Of a stretch of DNA of 64,000 bases, positions 60,853 through 64,000 are shown in pieces. The position numbers and the translations under genes are program-made. Position 1 is the stretch's first letter; the number at the start of each line of letters is the position of its first letter. This DNA comes from Raillietiella orientalis (taxonomy: Eukaryota): the NCBI GenBank assembly GCA_036172245.1, contig JAYWIR010000001.1:1178001-1242000 (forward strand), written 5' to 3'. Below the pieces are notes generated by a model. That model worked only from the letters and a program-made list of their open reading frames with translations, made no database searches and was not told where the DNA came from.

Positions 60853-61680
60853 GCCCGTGCTAGCGGCCGTGCGACTGAGACCTCTGCGAGTGTCACGAGG
60901 CGTCCCGGGTTCGAGTCCCGACAGGAGAAGGAAAGACACTGAGAACAGGAAGTGCGTCGTGATTTCCAGTCCTCCTTGCAAGATGACGGTGGTTACACGA
61001 GGGAGAAGACGGCTTCAGGTGCGGCGCTGATGGAAGTCGGATGTTTCCTTGACTGGTCGCCGGGATTAAAATTTGACCCTCCGAGATCCTTCCAGGAGTC
61101 AAGGACACCTTGGGGCTGTGGACTGGAGCCGTCTTTTCCCTCGTAGGGGACCCTCTATACGTCCCATTAAGTTGGCTTATACCCCCTCGGAGGTTATCGA
61201 CTTCTCTTAACCGCAACGCTTCCTTCGGGCTGCGCCCTTCAGAGAAATTGGGAAGCGTCCCTTCGGGGTTCTCTTCAGAGGAGGAAACCAAGAGCGGTCT
61301 CCTTGGGGGCTCCCTCCAGAAAAGGAATTCCAGGAGCGGATTCTTTCCGGGTTCCTTTTGGGAAAGAAGCGGAGGGTGACCACTTGGGAAGTCCTCCAGG
61401 AGAGAACAAAAAAGGTTTTCTTGAGGATTCCCTTCAGAGACAACCAGGGAGAGGGTTCCTCCGGGGTTCCTCTCCCATGAGTAAAGAAAACAGACTCCTT
61501 CCTTTAAAGCCTTCCTGGATTCCATATGGTGGTCCCTACAGAATTGTTCCTATAACTTGAAGAGTAGCACGTACCCTCAGGTGCCGTGGACGCTGTCAAA
61601 GAGCTTCTGAGCACCCCCCAAGGAGGCGGACGGCTCTTTAACACTTGGAGAAACAAAGAAAGAAAAAAGCCGAAAGGAAA
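60853..61680 (+). mobile_element. tRNA-headed SINE-like element, copy d
   Basis: GGTTCGAGTCC B box at 60908-60918; full body and an A-rich purine tail near 61650-61680. Confidence 0.78.
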
Positions 61681-63949
61681 GCAGCAAAGGCAGAAGAACC
61701 CGAAGGTATCTCCGTCATCTCGAACGAAGAGACGCAACGGACAGCGTGATCCCGGAAAGGTAGGAAGCGCCGTGCTGCATAGCAGCTAAGATCGAACTTG
61801 TGGAGGCGTGGACAGCTCGGGAGGTGACGGGCGCGGCGATTCCCAGTGTCCTACCTTGCGAACTTCTACGCTGGGAAGCGCGGCTCGACATCCTCCCAGA
61901 GGAGGTGGAGTGGCCCCCAGAGTTTTGGAACAGCGGCACCCTCCCCCTCAAGTGGAGGTAGTCGGCGTTGCCAGCGGCGCACGGGGAAATCCGGTGCGAA
62001 GCGAGGCCTTCGCCACTGGACACGAGGGAGAGTGTACACTTGGTACGGCAGGTGTGGGAAGAAGGAAAACCCCCGTGCCTTCTGTTGACCCTCCGACTCC
62101 TTCGGCATCGTCTCGCGGCGACCCTACGATCCCCGGTGGTTGGCGGTCCCAGGGACATTTTCAGGCGCCTCTTCGCTCGCGGTACTGCGTCCCTCGCGGT
62201 CCTCTGCTGTTCTCGCGAGATCACTGTAGCCCGGAATGTAAGGAGAAGAGGCCGGAGCGGCAGGACCGGCATCCGCTGGGTGCAGATCTTCCCGAAGACC
62301 ACCAGGAGATGGCCCCACCTGCGCGAGACACGGACAGAGCTTTTCAGCATCGCGAGCGGAGTGCAGAGGACACCTGGCAGCATGCTGTGTGTGATTCCTT
62401 CCTCGGTCCCTGTTATGTTTGTTTATTTTTTTGGTTTTTGTTTCTTCTTCCCCCACGCTGCTGAACCGGACCTCGCCGGTCTGCGTATCTCTCTTCGGCA
62501 GGTTCGTTGCACACAAATGTAATCTCATTATTCTATGTAATAAATGTTCCGGCACAACCAGGTGACAGTTATCAGGAAAACACTGTTGGGTTCCCCGAAA
62601 ACCTGCTGTCGGGATGCTGTGATCGCAACGGCAAATCCAGGATCGCAGCACGATTACATCTCGTGAATGACATCTCGGAAAAAAGGGTCTGTAGGAACAA
62701 GGAAGCGGAAGGAAACCGAACGTTCGGCCGGCAGCCGCGGAACCCTCGTGGACCGCAAAATCCGGCCCTTGCCTTTCCGCTGCTTCGGGCTCGGATTCGG
62801 CAAACTTTCCCTGTTGCAAGCTTGTTTTCCGGAGGCAAACACTTGGACACTTACCCTCGGTCCTGTAAAGAGTGCATCTTCATCTTGAGGGCTTGGCTCG
62901 ACGCGGTCTTGGTGCGCACGTCTGTGCAAAGAAGTCCTAGGCCACGCAGCATCTAATTTTATCCGCCTAAGCCTTTTCAAACAAGGACAGTCCGTTCTCT
63001 CTTCGTTCTTTCCTGTTTTCAAGTTGTCTTAAGGATTCACGGCGGGTGACTCGATTGCTCAGAGGGTAAACATTTGATCATTGAGCGTAGCCAGCGGGGA
63101 GTGCTACAGTCGAGTCTCCTCACCATCTTGAAACAGAATGAACAAGGCTCTTCGATCCAGGGCAAACCAGTTGTCGTGAGAACCCAGAATGCATTTTTAG
63201 GAATAGAGGTCGCCAGAGATTGCAACTGCTCAATTCCGTCCACGATTTCACCCCACATCACCTCGGAAGACGCCTCGGTGCCCGGTTCCGGAGGCATCGC
63301 ACTTAACGTACAGGCGGACTGGCTGGAGAAAGCCTGACATGGCTCTCGAGCTCGCGATTCAGGATCACAGCCGATGCAGATGGCATGGTGCTCCATCCAT
63401 CTGCCAGATATCATCGCATTCCGAGGAGTGACTGAGATAGGCTGTTTCACCGATTCCTCGAACACGGCAACGCGCTTCCATCTCGAGAGTAAACACTCAG
63501 GGGCATCGTCCCTCGCCGCTTACATCCCTCGAGATCTTCACATTTTTGTTGTTCTTCTTCTTCCTTTTACTGATCTTCCCGCGTTGAAAGTGCGAAGAAC
63601 TGGACGTGGACTCTGGCGCTCGGAATCAACATAAGATCTTCGAATTCCTACAGATAGCATTCTGCTTTCCGATGAGCATTTGGAGCGAAAGAATAATCGA
63701 AACGGTTGCCGGGCAACCAAGTCAGCATCCAAAAAATAGGCAGCCTGCATCAATTCAATTATTAGTTTAGCCGCACCTGCTGGCACACGCTACGTAGTGT
63801 GGCGAAATTTCACAGCAAGCACCAGATTAATTGATCATTGTGTTCAAAGCTCTCATTAAGTGCTCCTCAACATTTGTGTACACCAAGTTGCATTGTGTGT
63901 ACCTTTCCGCCATAATTTGAATCTTTCTTTCTTTCTTTCATTTTTTTAG

Positions 63950-64000
63950 GTGCCCATCGTGTCGTAGATTCTGAAGACGGTTCTCCTCTTGGGCTGACTC
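63950..64000 (+). other. Possible exon of an unidentified gene running off the window end
   Basis: Long T-rich tract ending ttttag at 63949; only the phase-1 frame stays open (AHRVVDSEDGSPLGLT). Confidence 0.3.

Noticed and set aside
63037-63465. 142-aa minus-strand ORF and similar ORFs at 48.7-50.4 kb as decayed retroelement coding sequence
   Set aside because: No reverse transcriptase, endonuclease, integrase or zinc-knuckle motif recognised; BLASTX would be needed.
1-64000. CRISPR array, operon or other prokaryotic system
   Set aside because: Spliceosomal gene structure and no regularly spaced repeat-spacer array anywhere in the window.

Overview
GC-rich eukaryotic (animal, probably invertebrate bilaterian) genomic DNA with many short (about 47-71 nt) spliceosomal introns. 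Two protein-coding genes could be built by hand, both on the + strand. (1) The 3' part of a CFAP61-like gene (cilia/flagella-associated protein 61, C-terminal FAD/NAD-oxidoreductase-like region): 11 phase-consistent exons from 2508 to a stop at 15968; its 5' exons were not found and probably lie upstream of the window. (2) An NK2.2/vnd-class homeobox gene (TN/eh1 motif, Tyr54 homeodomain, NK2-specific domain) ending at 21995, with two candidate alternative first coding exons (16700 and 20065). The remaining ~42 kb has no protein I can recognise. It holds a tRNA-headed SINE-like family, two neighbouring long inverted repeats, a MITE-like element, local duplications, purine/pyrimidine tracts and a few orphan exon-like segments. 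Homology calls come from remembered family sequences, not searches. Repeat boundaries are approximate. I found no clearly new biological system; the best leads are the tight CFAP61-NK2.2 linkage, the NK2.2 alternative N-termini, the twin inverted repeats, the long SINE and a mariner derivative with two 3' ends.
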